This document shows, in pieces, positions 42,619 through 57,300 of a stretch of DNA of 64,000 nucleotides; position 1 is the stretch's first letter; the number at the start of each line of letters is the position of its first letter. Where the stretch lies: the NCBI GenBank assembly GCA_964035545.1, contig OZ037767.1:28102628-28166627 (forward strand), given 5' to 3'. The position numbers were made by a program, and so were the translations under genes. Origin of the DNA: Bugula neritina. Taxonomy: Eukaryota; Animalia; Bryozoa. The notes beneath the pieces were generated by a model, which saw nothing but the letters and a program-made list of their open reading frames with translations, was not told the origin of the DNA and made no database searches.

Positions 42619-45600
42619 ATGGACTTTATAAAAAGTTGCTTGTTTATTTTATTAGCGTGGACACCAGTCTATATTCTTGGACAGACAAGTATGTATATGA
42701 TAATATTATATTCCTTAACTTTACAACTGTAGTACTAGTTAAACAAATGGTTGCACATGTATAAAAACATTCACAATTGAACTGAAATCCCTGAAGTTTG
42801 CTATACACTTTTCACTAGAACATTTTGGCTTTGATATAGTACTTCTGAAATAAGGCTATGAATTGAGCTGTAGTAATATTAACATTAGACAACTGAAATG
42901 CACAGCTTAACTCCACAGAGTGAATGTAATGAGGTAAATGTATGGTAATGAATTACTCATAGTGGTAGGTTACACACAATAGATAAATATGTATATCGTT
43001 ATGTAACTGGAGAAGAGGATATATCACACTGCATTGTATAACAGTTGTGATACAAGAATCCCACATCCAAAATATTTATGTAGTTTTTACTGTATTACAT
43101 TGTTGTCTGTAAAATTGTGTTGTGTTGTACTGTGTCTGGTGCATATTGTGTTTACTGTGTATGTGTTTAGTTTAGATTGTGTTTACAATATACTACATCT
43201 TTGGTTTATATGGTGTTTACTGTGTTTGGTACAGATTATGTTTACGCTGAATGAGACAGCCATTCATAGAAATTAATTTGAAAACAAAAACAAAACGCTT
43301 TGAGTTTCAGTTGAATCAGCTTTGTCACCATTTTGTTTAAACAAAAGAGCAAATGTTGACCAGGATGTGAGAGATAAGGCAGAGCCATTTGCATTGAGTG
43401 TAACATCTGTGGCAGTTATTGACACTAACTCACATTCCATTAAGTCAACCAGTAAGATATTATATAAGAATGATATGTTTATAATTGGAGTTTTAGTGGG
43501 TCACATCCTATAAAATATTCATCTCTTCCATCGAACAACTTCAACTAATAACCTAGCATTGGTGCTCCAACATAGCACAATATTTACTTATTCTATCCTA
43601 TTAATAGTTCGACTGAACTGAATGAACTTAATATTACAATTAAATGTCTAAATGAAAACATAAATAAATGGTACAGTATACTACCACAGGTCTTGTACTT
43701 CATTAGCTAATTCATCATGTGTATATCTAGGTGTTGTATGTGTGTGTGCCCTAGGTAGAAATGAATATCTAAGCTACACAAGGGCAGCAGTGGCAGCTTA
43801 ATTGATGTGAATAAATTCCAATACTATCATTTTATAACTTAAGGTATCAACAACCAAACAATAAAAATGCTTTTTAAATAGAATAAACTGGCTGGTCAAA
43901 CACAAAACTGCAAAAAACGGCATCATTCAGTTTACTTAAACTATGTCGCAACCACTACTACTACTATAAAGACTACTGCTACCACTAGTACTACTACTAT
44001 GAAAACTACTACTACTACCACTAGTACTATTACTAGTTACTACCACTACCACTACTACCACCACCACTACTACCACCACTACTACCACCGCTACTATCAC
44101 TACTACTACTATCACTACTACTACTAATCTTACTGTCCTGCACTACTTGGTACTACTACTACTGTTACTTCCTCCAGGTACCACCTATACCAACAGCAAC
44201 ACTGCCACTCTTGTAGCAATAACCAGGTGTACACATACAGGCAATATTCTACCAACCACATCTTACACCACTCTGTCCCTCTTTCCTATGTTTATCCTAA
44301 TCAGGTTATCATAGAGTAGATCACAGGATTATACTCAGGATATGAAATTAATTCACTAATCCAGTTGCACCTGCTAAGTCTATAATACACATAACTGTGC
44401 TCATCTACTCCATCTCTAGTATGCATCATCAGTGTACAATTAGTATCATATTTCTTTTACTTGATGAACTGTACAAATTATAACTTCCGAAAAAAATACT
44501 TATTTCCATCTGCACTTTACTTTACCCTAACTGCTTGATTGGGGTGAACAACTTGGACTGTCACTTCGTTTCCATTGCTTTCCAAGCATATGTGAATGGA
44601 TTTTGCATAAATCCATTCCATGTTTGGAAACAGTTGCAATGAGATGTAATGTATATGATTCAAGAGAATGATATAAAATTGAGAAGACAACTTTCAATAT
44701 TTCTAAAAGTACTTTTGATGACAATGAATATATAGTGTAGTGATTTAATGGTTTAATGTGTGTTTTGTTTCAGCTGAGAAGAACTATCTGTCCCAGACAT
44801 CTGCAGTGTGCAGTGGAGCCAGCTATGAGCTTGGCTGCGGTACAGGAAATGGTGATAAGGTCATGAATGTCACCAAGGTCATTCTGGTCATAGAGGCAGA
44901 GGCACAGGCCTTTGCATGTGAAGATTCGCAGCTCTGTTCTTTGCATTTGGGTGGAGGTATGTGACATGTGGCGAATGATAATGTTATACTGTTAAGTGTT
45001 ATACTATTTAATATAATACTATTTAGCATTATACTATTTAGTAATATTATACTATTTAGTATTATATTACAGTATTTCACTGCCCAATACATTTAGCTAA
45101 TTACAATTACAAACTAATATTAATAACTAGTACCAATTATTAGGTATTCCTTTCCATAGCATTCAAAATCCATTTCAATCCAACAGTAATTTGTCTACTA
45201 TATTTTGTTCCTATTGATTAATAAGTTTTCTGTCACTTGTTACGTAAAGATTTAATCAACTCCGTAGCCTTTCCTAAACTGAACAAGCAATTCCCACTCT
45301 TATTAATTATAACTCTCTGTTTATTAAGATGATGACGACAATGTTCAAGAGGAGGTGCTATTAAACCTGGTCAAGTCTATCCACAGCAATTGTCAAGGTA
45401 AAGCCAGCTGTACAGGAACATTGCCTGCATACCAGCAAGTCAGCGTAAACTTTCCATCAAATGCCTACGGAGGCCTCTGCGGATGGGACAGCCCAGAATA
45501 CTTGAGTCAGCTCAGCATAGTCACAAAATGTGTTGGTAAGATAGACACAAGAAAAAGCTCTTGATTTTTTGCAGCTATTCACTTTGTTTCAAGTATAAAA

Positions 45601-47138
45601 ATAACTTATATCCATGCTTTATACAATTGCAAAAAAAGTAAGAATTAGTACATCCCAGTGCCAAATTTGCAGATGACAGGTGAAAATGAATGTTTTATCA
45701 AGTCATTTACTGTAATGCCAAACCCAGTAGCTACCATTTGCAGAAAATATTATTATTTCCATTAAAGTTAAATGATTAGCATCAAACATGGAATATAAAT
45801 GAACCACTAGCTATTGTTGTACACATCTTTTAGATTCTAAAACTAAGTCAATAAGAAAAGCTTAATCCTATGAACCTTCAAGTTTAAGTTTAGAATTTGT
45901 CTTCTCCTTAGTTGAACTTAGTATAGGCAATGACTGTTTCAAACATTTTTCTTTCTGAAATTCTTTTCAATTTTTGACCACAGAACTTACAGTGTTAATA
46001 AATTTATTCGCCTAGATTGTTAAAACTCCTTTACCATGTCAGCTCTCTTAATGACGTGTTGGTAGAATACAAAAAGTTTACTCATTTATGATTATGCAGT
46101 CAGCTAGCTACCACATAAAATGACACAATGAAGTCATCAAACCTTTATTCACAAGACCTACGGATAATATTAGTATCTTTGGAACTTAATTTGAATAAAC
46201 TTGCATTGCACAGATGCTGACCTAGTGAGCACACTACCGCCGTACGAATATTCACCAGGAGAAACCCCAACAACTAAACTGTCAACTACTACCACCGCCA
46301 CAACAACTACAACTACAACACCGACAACAACTAAACCAAAGACTACAGGGAAACCTGTCATTACCACAGTGGGAGAAAAAGGGGTGAAAAGTCCAAGGAT
46401 AGGGGGTCTGCAGCAACCAGCTATAGCAGGTTGGCGCCAGTGTTACAAGTGTAAAAGAGCGGTGTTTTACGCGGCAATATGCGAAGAGAAATCGGAACAG
46501 CCACGCAGACCAATACCAGAACGGTTCTGCCGGTAAACATAAAACGTAGCCAGTGTTCTAAGCTTAGATGTGAGCAATATGAGAAGAGAAGGCTGGAGCT
46601 GTAGATCAGTGTGGTGATGGTTGGCTTTACACTTTTTGTCTAACATCGAATAAACACCGCCATAAACACCGCTCTTTATGTTTTTATTTCATTTCTAAAT
46701 TTCTTAACATTTCTTTATAATTTATAACATAACTAATACGCAACCATTTGTCTGATATTTCCTAGTAATCAATTATCTAGCATGTGGAGTTGTCAACTTT
46801 CTCATAGAGTGAGTAACTCCTAAAAATATTTATCACCAAAATTTGTTTGATATCCAATTTTACTATTACAATCTTTTGTTATTACAGTTGTCAAGCCAGT
46901 GACCTACTTCTATTCACGTATTCTATGTCTAATTCTAGGAATAACCATAGCGTTCATTGCCCTAGGCGTTGTCGCTGGCGTCGCAGCTCTCGTAGGGGTG
47001 GCTATCCTCATTTACATCCTCTACAATAACTCAAGCAGAGGAGGAGCAGTGTCTAAAGCACCCAGTATTACCGAATATCCACTTAAAGGGACAACTCCAA
47101 ACGATAGTGAATTTGTAGAAAAGCAGCCCATAACCTGA
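42619..47138 (+). CDS. Nested gene 2: type I membrane protein with SUEL-like domain, Thr-rich stalk, TM and short tail
   Basis: Exons 42619-42688 (MDFIKSCLFILLAWTPVYILGQT; extra in-frame ATG at 42616), 44774-44956, 45329-45535 (SNCQGKASC...LCGW...EYL...TKC), 46214-46429 (poly-Thr stalk) and 46939-47138 (TM ITIAFIALGVVAGVAALVGVAILIYILY, tail, TGA). All phase 1; AATAAA at ~47152. Confidence 0.82.
43950..44165. repeat. (CTA/CCA)n microsatellite
   Basis: Imperfect trinucleotide tract in intron 1 of nested gene 2. Confidence 0.85.
46454..46677. mobile_element. Small MITE-like insertion in an intron of nested gene 2
   Basis: aaagagcggtgttt (46454) and aaacaccgctcttt (ending 46677) form a perfect 14 bp inverted repeat; the interior is CpG-richer than its flanks. 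Confidence 0.5.
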
Positions 47139-49265
47139 TGCTGTAAAGCTAAATAAAAGTTGTTGTTTTTCGAGTCTCCTCCAGTAATATTTTAGTTTTA
47201 TTACCTACTCAGTTACAACACATATTATTTGTTGTCCTCAGCTCTGATAGCTGCATATCAGATGCGGTTTTGAGTACTTCTTTATTTTTGTATTATACAT
47301 GTATCAGTTTTTTATATCTCATTAACCGTTGTACCATGTACGTTAGATATTGAAATGGGAATGACAACTTCTATAGTGTATATATGTATTTTATTCAGAC
47401 AAGCAATTAAAACACTTTATATAATATGTAGAAGTTTTGTTTTTACTAGTTATTGTATGTAAATTTCAATTACTAAAAAATTTTATAAATATTGAAGTTT
47501 GTGCAATGAATAGTTTGATAAACACTTGTTGATAGTGAGCAACGCATGTTCAGAATTGAAATAATTTTAGCTAAAAACTCTGTCAAACAACAACTCCTAA
47601 AGCATACTTGCTGTTTTTGCCACTCGTTGAGTCATATAACATTGTACTTCACCCAAAATGGTTTTGTTAAAGATGTTTACAAGACTTTTAATAATAAATA
47701 AGATGGAATTGGGAAATATAGTTTTAAAACTATAACTTATGCTGATTTGACCTTAAAATATATGCTAATTGCAGGCATATGCAGATATGTCATGCAGCGT
47801 AGTTGGTGCAGAGCATATTGAGGGCCCATACGAAAACAGGGTTCTAGTCATGCCTGGAACAGTTCATAAACAGATAGTTGTAGACTAAGTTCCTTGTTGC
47901 TGAACAGCTAGCTGGGTGGTGCTACCCTACACTCTATATATTTGAAATAACAGATCAAATGTAGGATTTACGGTTTTAACACCTGAATATTATAGGTAGT
48001 CAAAGCTAGTAACACAACATGCAGTTCCCCATCTGATAGTACATATGTATTACTACAAAAATTGTCTTTTCTTGTACAAACCCATCTTGTCAATGCTACA
48101 GCTGTGTAACTGAATAAACTTTTATTTTTCATTTTTATTTTCAAAATTATGAAACTTAATTTCCTTAATTATGAGCCAAAAAGAACTTAGTTCACACTAA
48201 ATTTCTGTTATATAGGACGCTTCTCACCCCCCCCCCCCCCCTTTGATGCTAAGCTAACAGGCTGAATAATATTTATTGCTGCGTTGACGGAACTCTTTGG
48301 AATAAAACCATAAATACATGATACATGGTAACAGAATTTAGAACTGCCATGTTATGTATCTCTATTAAAATGACAGTGTCGCTTACGATTCAACACACAT
48401 TCAACATACTGATAACACCAAGACCTCACAGTCAACCCTACACAGTATATCCTGCGCAAACTTGAGACTTTTTCAGCTGAAGTTTTGTTGGCAGAGTGGT
48501 TGGAGTAAGATGGCCTCAAGTTACTGATGTAAGCCGGGAAGTTTCTTAGGCTATGACGTGTTTCACATAGGCAAGAGTGGGTGAAGTGACATGACCAGAC
48601 AAGTGAGCTATGGTGGCCTGATGCCACATCTCTTACCATCTTATAGACACTTGCCACCATCTGCCAGAAATGTGCTACTAGGAATCATCAATCAAGTAAT
48701 CAACTGATAGCAGTGATCTACTTGCCCTAGTGGCTGAACAGACTGTAGCATGGTGCTCTTACACTACACTGAGCAGCTGGGGTAAAATTGTTGTAAAATT
48801 AGGGATATTATTTGCTAGTCTTTTCTAAATATTTCTTATGTTGAAACAATAAAATACTGAACATAACACTCTCAACTCCCACCAGGAGGGTGAAGAGGCT
48901 TCATGAATTGAGAAGTTTGTAACATAATACATTATAAATAGATGAAAAATAATTTTGACCTTTGCATTCTAAGATGTGGATCAACCAGTATTTTTTTAAT
49001 AAATAACTTCATCCCTCAAATTACCAATTGCAAATGCAAAAAAAGTGTCTTCATACATAATGAATGGAGTTTTAGCAGCCCAAGCAACATTGGAAAATAT
49101 TAGCGAATGAGAAATTTTTCTCGAAGTGACAATTGTTTAGCATGACCTAAACTATGAAAACTCATTTCTTATTATAAAAAATAAAAATAATAATAATCTA
49201 ATGCGTGTGCAAATGGTCTATTAGAGTTGAACTGCTTTAGCTGTTGCAAATGAGAAAAAAATTAA

Positions 49266-49338
49266 TGCCCCGAGTGAGGATCGAACTCACGACCTTCAGA
49301 TTATGAGACTGACGCGCTGCCTACTGCGCTATCGAGGC
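49266..49338 (-). tRNA. tRNA-Met (CAT), elongator type
   Basis: Reverse complement GCCTCGATAGCGCAGTAGGCAGCGCGTCAGTCTCATAATCTGAAGGTCGTGAGTTCGATCCTCACTCGGGGCA: 73 nt cloverleaf, anticodon loop CT-CAT-AA, GTTCGA T-loop, and a T-run Pol III terminator immediately downstream. Confidence 0.96.
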
Positions 49339-51165
49339 ACTTGCTGATGAGTGTGAAAACAAAACTACTTATTATAAAGGGGCAAATGCTATGTGGGCTT
49401 TGTATTACACGAGTCTTTGCACATATCGTTAGATAGAAACAATCAACAAGTCAAACTTGGTCGGACTGGGCCAGTCGGTCTACCGAGCTTGAACCCAGTC
49501 CACTGTATAAAATACAGAAAAAAAAACTGTCAGATCAATTTTAAATGCTAATATAAGTCCAGTTATTTAATTGGTCATCTTTTTGCCTAACTACCTTCTA
49601 TTACTTTTAGAACTAGTTTCATTCACTCACCTCATTCCCCTTTGAGTTTCAAGTAGCCATGTTATTTTTAGGCTATATATTAGCCTATAATTAGTGTACA
49701 TGTATTTATAAAATTAATGTGCATAGTCAAATATATGGCCAGCTACTCCATATAGTAAAATATTGATAAATGGTAACATTAAAGTAAATATGGTAGGCCT
49801 ATAGTAAATTAATGAACAATATTTATTGATCAATGTAACTTGAGACCGATATTAATGGACAAATTATGTCTTAATTTCTTCTGAAGTTGATACTAATACT
49901 CGAAGACGGAATCATTTAAATGACAAAATTAGCTAAGCTATTTCTATTTATATGAATCTATATAGAACCAAGTGATTTTGCAACTATTTCTAGGGCTCAA
50001 GAGTTTAAAAAACCACGTAATTCCTGGTTAAAAACATCAAGATTGAGCAATAAACAAAATAAGATATTTATAGCACAGATGAACAAGAATTTACCCCATT
50101 ACCATATCTGTATCAGGATTAATGTTACTAATAGTTATGAGAAATCTGAGGAAGCATGTGACCCGAATCTAATTATTAAATAAATGACAACACTGACTTC
50201 CACACCTGAGTAGACATACTGCTTGGGGATCAAGGTAATCATTAAAACATAATCAACAGGAATTTATGAAATTATGAGAATTATTAGAAGGACATACATG
50301 TGTACTACATACCATGAAATATGCATACCTAAATTTCACCACACCTTACCATGCATATGTTACCTAGTGTTTTTCTAGTGTACAGAGGAGATAACTTTAC
50401 TTGTTGGTTATAGTTTATTGACTAATGATTGAAGATCTCAATTCTATGATTACTTAATGTTTAAGTAAATAATTGCTCTTGCCCAGTTGGGTAAAGTATA
50501 GCTGCAATTTTCAAGTTGTATCTGCTGAAATGTTATGTATAATATAATCGAAATGACATCTTCTAAGCATACAGGTTTTAGAAAAGAACTTCATGAGTGC
50601 TGAAGTTGATTTTCTGAGTGTAATGTTTAGATACCACTTGCATCAACATCAATCTACTGGAAGTTTTAAGCTTAAATTTCATATGACTAAAAGAACACTC
50701 TGGTATACCAGCTGATAGCTCCAGTTGGCTACTGTTTGTAAATTCTGCTTCAGTAGATACAGCTACCTGCACAACTTGCCACCAACTTAATGCTCAAGTA
50801 TTGTCATCACACTGGCTACTAGTTGCAGACCACCACACCAATAGTTTACTAAATATTACACAAACCTTGCACACAAATAATGATAATAAGAATAGTTTAA
50901 CACTAGAATTACATAGTAAACAACTGGTACATTATGTTCTCCACTGCCTATGTCATCTATTTTAAAAATAAACATATAGGAAAGCAAAATAACTAATTTT
51001 ATGATAAGACATTACAACTTATAAGTTACCTAATTAAAACATAAATGCTACTGAATTATAATCTACACTTCCTGAGAAAGAAACCACTTTTTATCAAAAT
51101 CAGTAATTAGTCACCCTCATGGACTGCTTCGTGAATTACTTAGCTCTGCAGCGAGGCCAAACGCC

Positions 51166-51179
51166 ATCGTCATAGCAAC
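51166..51179 (+). promoter_or_regulatory. RFX X-box candidate upstream of nested gene 3
   Basis: ATCGTCATAGCAAC matches RTHNYYWTRRNRAC, ~180 bp before ATG 51356. Confidence 0.42.
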
Positions 51180-51355
51180 CAAGGAAATATTTTGGCTCAG
51201 TCACAAAGTGGAAATGCATTAGATATAACAGACTTGGTGGAGTAGAAGAGAAAGTGGAAGTGCATTTTGCAGAAGGAGTACAGAAGGGTTTAGAGGTTTG
51301 GTGAATGAGGGAAGGGAAAGTGTATTAAAGAAAACTTGAGAATACTTGAGAAGAA

Positions 51356-54300
51356 ATGGAGATACTCAACATAATTATATTACTAAGCAGTGTCTGCTAC
51401 AGTCACACATGTAAGTATGGAATATATGTTGGTATATCAGAATAATATTGTATGGCGGACATCATCTTAAAGAAACCAGTAATTAGCAAAGAATTACATC
51501 TGCTGTAATTGAAAACAGCAAACAACAAGGTGTGTAACACTAAAGAACCCTGCTACAAGCACAACATCCATTTTTAGGTGTATAAAGTAACAATTCAATG
51601 TAATATTATATTATTTTGAACTAGTGTATATTACCAAAAGAAGGCTTCAATAATATAATATAATAATTGGGAAATAAACGGGAAAATTATATTGCAGGTC
51701 ATATCCAGATGACATCTAAACAGAAATAATTTATGAGATTTATTTGTGCAAGAATTGTTTAATTACAAATTTTTCAATCTTTTTAAAATTAAATAGACAG
51801 TTGAAACATTTTAGCTCCAAATTTTCTATTAAATTTCTGCTTCTGACATTCAGTATAAAACTGAAACTGAAACGTTTATTGCAAATTTTGATAGCTGTTT
51901 ATATGACAATCCTCTCTCCATCCATCCCACCTGCTCCCCCCCCCCCTCTACTTATTACACCTGCAGCATTCATGTCATCCTGCAGCCTGAAATATTTAAC
52001 TGAGGTAAGAATAAAATTGTGGAAAAATGATAAAATTAACTGCACATTAAAACATCCAACAATGTTTTGATAGTTTAATAAAATTCTTGTAGAAAGATAA
52101 TATAGAGCTGCAGTTAATTCTTAAGTTTACTGAAAAAGGCATTCGTGATTTGACATTTAAACTACACAATTTCTTTTCCCCATCATTAACTTACAGTAAA
52201 AATATTCAACTTACAAGTCAATTATTTTAATTTGTGTCTTGCGTAGATGATTTGAGCACTGGCCAATGTCACAGATAAGAAACTGTAGCTTTAGACTTCA
52301 GTGCCAAGTGAAGACAACTTTGGCAACTTTCCAAAGCCACAGTACTTGAAACAAAACAGGGATAAATAAGTTGGGCTCCAAAGTTGAAAGTAGGTTGTGA
52401 GATGTGTCGGCTTAAATTATACAGCTTGCGAATGCTACATGGGTACACCCTGGATAAGCTAGAATACATAAAAACTCTTAAGAAAGCCTTAAGGAACGGC
52501 ATTACTGAGACAGCATAGAATAGAATATCTTGTACGAACAAAACTTGGTGATTATCAAAGAAAACCTGCAGAAAATAGAAATACAATTAAGGAAGTAACT
52601 ATAAACTGTAAGTTGTAAGAGAAAGATCTGATAATGAAATAAGACATAGTTTAGGCTAATCTTGTCACACTCATAAGTTAGCAATTTATTGACTACTTTG
52701 GGTGTGAGTCATCAGCACATATAAACCGTAAACTGTGCCGCAAAATAGGAGATGAATCAGAGAACATGCAGAGGCTATAGCTTGAGTTCTAAGATAGTAA
52801 CTTATTGTGCTATTGAGAGGTGTGAGCAATGGTGCCCCTTGTTCTTTTGCAGCCTTCAGAATTAGGGTTGATCATAAATCTGCACTCTAAGCTAGATCTG
52901 TGTTAGGAAAGTTCTAAAAATCTAAAGAATAATACAAAAGAGAAAGCTATGCTAAAATCAAAGAACCCAGGCTAAAGCTGAATTGGAAAACAACTATTTC
53001 TGTTAAAAAACATTTTAAACCGAAAAACAATAAAAAAGAAATGTTATGAGCTATTTTTGTAGTCTAGTCAGACTAGATAATGATGCGTAACATTTTATCC
53101 AGAGTTGAAAACAACTTTAAGTGTGTTTGAGAAATAATTATCCCCTGCTGGAATTTAAATTGCTGGTTGATATTTTGCAAGTTGGATAATCATAACCATA
53201 AGTCAAAATTGTGCAGAAGGGCTGTTTACGAGTAGATATAGCAAAACAAACCTAGATATACACTCATGTAGAGAAACTTCGCACCAATTTTTGTGAATAT
53301 ATATGGAAAACAACTCTTAATCTAGCGTAAATATATTCTAGGTTAATAAAAAAATTAATGTTTATCTAATGATTACCATATACTACATATATTTGCTTGA
53401 GTCTTTATACTAATAAATTAAAAATATGTTGAAAACACATTTGGCTACTTTATATCTTAAAATACCTATGCCTTCCTACCATTAAAAATATTTATGGCAT
53501 TTTATAGTTACAATATCATTTGCTGTTTTGTAGTTGAAATTGCAACTAACTTCCTGTCAGCTTGTTCCGGAAGAAACATCAACACAGAGGAAACAAGATG
53601 CCCGACAAGCTCCATAATTAAACTCAAATCTGTAACAATCTACGCATCACCCGACTCGACAGCAATAGAGGCAGCAGATAAACAGTGTCTTCAAGTCTCC
53701 CAATGCAAGAGAGTCATTCACAGTGAGTGGAGTGTCTAGCAGACATAGTCAGTAAGGTGTCACACAGTAGGGTATCACACAGTAGGGTATCACACAGTAG
53801 AATATCACACAGTAGGATATCACACAGTAAAGTGTCACACAGTAAGGTATCACACAGTAGGGTATCACACAATAGGGTATCACACAGTAGGGTATCACAC
53901 AGTAGGATATCACACAGTAGGATATCACACAGTAAGGTGTTACACAATAGGGTATCACACAGTAAGGTGTCACACAGTAGGGTATCACACAGTAGGGTAT
54001 CACACAGTAGGATATCACACAGTAAAGTGTCACACAGTAAGGTATCACACAGTAGGGTATCACACAGTAGGGTATCACACAGTAAGGTATCACACAGTAG
54101 GGTACCACACAGTAGGGTATCACACAAAAAGGGTATCACACAGTAAGGTGTCACACAGTAAGGTATCACACAGTACGGTATCACACAGTAAGGTATCACA
54201 TAGTAGAGTACCACACAGTAAGGTGTCACACAGTAGGGTATCACACAGTAAGGTGTCACACAGTAGGGTATCACACAGTAGAGTACCACACAGTAAGGTA

Positions 54301-57300
54301 TCACACAGTAGGGTATCACACAGTAAGGTGTCACACAGTACGGTATCACACAGTAAAGTGTCACACAGTAGGGTATCACACAGTAGGGTATCACACAGTA
54401 GGGTATCACACAGTAGGGTATCATACAGTAAAGTGTCACACAGTAGGGTATCACACAGTAAGGTGTCACACAGTAGGGTATCGCACAGTAAGGTGTCACA
54501 CAGTAAGGTATCACATTATAGTTGAGCCATCATTTTCAGGTTTTAACTAAAGGTAGTTTTAGTCATGTGTGTATAGTATACAGGAAATGCTAAACAAGTT
54601 AGAATTTGAGAAAACAACTCCTAATGTTAGGACAATGCTATTACAGTGTGCTGTTGAAGACCAATTGTAAGTGACAATGATATTATGGTAACAATGATAT
54701 ATTGATTTAATTTCTCTTCACCAAAAAATACAAATATTGCTCTTCACATTTTTTTAATATAAGCTATTGCATTACAGTTACCATTACCAGTGAACTATTG
54801 TGCATTCACCTAATTGAGAATTACTTGATATATAGAATTGATTTTACATTAAAATGGGAGTTGTATACCCAAAATAGCTTCCTAGCAAGAATGGACAACT
54901 CTCAAAAACTCCCAAAGTCGATATTCTGAATTAAATACAAAGCACAGTGAAAACAACAACTTCTTTATAATATTTCATATTCAATTTTAACATGTCTTAT
55001 ACTTATAAAGATTTCATTTGCAATATGCTTTGGCAGATGCCCGTGATTTTGGCTTATCTAAAGAATATCAACATCTATTTGCCTGGTTCCAAAACAAATG
55101 CGAAGGTAAGAATGTATGTGATGGTGGAATGCTGCCGTTATGGTGGGCGCTGACGGGAAATATCAAGGACGACGCTGGGCCATCCAGGAAATGCCCCGAA
55201 ATTGGCACTAAATATTTTACAGGAGTGTACGTGCATCTGGATTGCTTACGTAAGTGATATAACTTCAGCCTCTAACCAAAAACAATCTTCAATTAGGTAT
55301 GCAAATGAATTCAGCGGCTGGAGCTGGTGCATGGAATGGTGCCAAAGTAGCATATTTCTTCATCAATAATCTTATACTGAACTCACTATGGAATAGATTA
55401 GATCGCACTTTGAATGTATAGCTACAGATTCCATGATGCATTTTGATAGTTGGAGAGGAGGTAAACACGGTGCCCCCACCACCTGATACGACACCTAAAA
55501 CTAGGCCTACTACTCCTACTTCCACTACAGCCTTCCCTGTGTTCATACCAATATACCAGCCGTACCTGGAAGGACGAGAGAGTGAGTGGAGCATTAGTTC
55601 CTTTTAGTAACCTCTTTTCCAACCCTCAATTAACTAATACGGACATGTAGTGGAGCCCTTCTATGGTCCCCCTCCATGGTCCACACAGCGACACTTAAAC
55701 AATGCTATTATCCCACCACAATCCATCCTAATCCCAAGATTAGCTTGACTAATCATTACATATGAAAGAAATTCAAGTCCAAAATCCAACGGCTTTAAGA
55801 TCATAAACATGACAAATGTTTGCCGTGAAACCCATCTCACTGCTGACACTTTTATAAAACTGTCAATAAAGATGGGAGGCTAAGAATTTAATAGTCCTTT
55901 ACCTAAATGAAACCAGTGATGTAATATAATTATTTAAAATATAGAAAATGCAAATAGTATTCATTTGATTAGCATCCACGGTTTAGATTGTCATGAATTA
56001 AGCAGTGGACAGTAAATTGGTGTCGCAATAAGAAACTTTGCAAATATTAAACTATACATTATATGTATGCTGATACATTTGCTATGCATCGTAAGAGCAG
56101 GTTTTTACTAGAAGAAATACATATCCCTGCCACGTAATATAAAACATCTTGGCCACCTTTTAAAGGATATTTGCTACTGCAAAATACAAATTATGTTTAT
56201 CTCAATTCATACTTAACTAACTAATGCTCCGATACTAGTGCTCTGACTATATAAACTATATTATATAAAGTGCATATAATATATAATTTCAAACAGAGAT
56301 CATCCTGGCAGTGGCTATAGGGCTAGCCATAGCCATACTCATAGTGCTGCTCATTGTCCTCTACTGCTGTGAGAGATACAGAAATCACAAGAACTTCCTG
56401 AAGCTGTTGAGGTCTCTGGGAGCGCCACAAGCTCAGGACAACTACGATGATGACTACAGTAAGACTGAGACATGGACCAATGAGCCCATTAGTAAGTGTA
56501 CATGACACATCAATGTAAATTATTAGCAAGTATGAAGACATCAATAAAAACTGTCATCGGCTGCTTGGGTAGAATAGATTTCAATGACTGCTCTATATGA
56601 CACTAAGGTGCAGTAATGGAGAAATTAAGAAAAACCTATGTTCTAGATTAAAGATGTAGCAAAAGAAGTTATGTTCTCGCAAAAATTTCAATCCGGACCC
56701 CAAACCAAAATTTTATAAAGAAGTTTAAAGAACTTAGGCTATCTCAATTTCTCCACCACTGCTCCTAAGTGCTATAAGTTCCTTACTAAAGACTGCTTGT
56801 GAGATTGCTTTACATCTGAGTTGCAAGGTTACAATGAAGTCAAACTGCTTGGTCTCCCTTTGATCCCTCAAACTAAACGAAGACATCATTGTAGATCCGG
56901 ATGCTCTGGGAGAGTACACCGGAGTGAAACCAGACGAGTTCCTGACCATGACGAAGCAGACGATGGAGAACAGCGGACAGATAATGTATGAGTCAGCAAT
57001 AGGCAGCATGACTACTGGCAGAAGAAACAGCTGCTCCACACTCAACAGAAATAGTAGTTATGGGGGGTATAGCAGCCACCCGCATGTGGAGTCAGGATAT
57101 GTGAATAGAGCAATGGCTTACGATTCTGGTGAGTACAAGAGTATTTATATAAATGCTGATACCTTCAGACACTTTAGTGGAATACAGGCTACTTTTGGCC
57201 ATTACCATTTCTAGAAAACTATTGACAATTTAAACATGCAACTTTCATACAAATTTAATGATGGCTGGAGAAACAAATGAGTCCTTAGAAATGAGAAGCC

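Noticed and set aside
42619-42688. Suspected frameshift in the A-run of the gene 2 signal exon
   Set aside because: Recounting gives 70 nt, an open frame and phase 1; the exon is intact.
43950-44165. Poly-Thr-coding tract as an extra mucin exon of gene 2
   Set aside because: No convincing splice sites, interrupted frames, and it lies before the Cys domain; treated as a microsatellite.
53714-54525. Long ORFs (YCVIP)n and (VSHSR)n
   Set aside because: Produced by a 15 bp intronic minisatellite containing a frame slip; the true exon ends at the donor at 53722.
56895-57128. ITIM/ITAM calls for tail tyrosines (GEYTGV, IMYESA)
   Set aside because: They do not satisfy the [SIVL]xYxx[IVL] or YxxL-x6-8-YxxL consensus.
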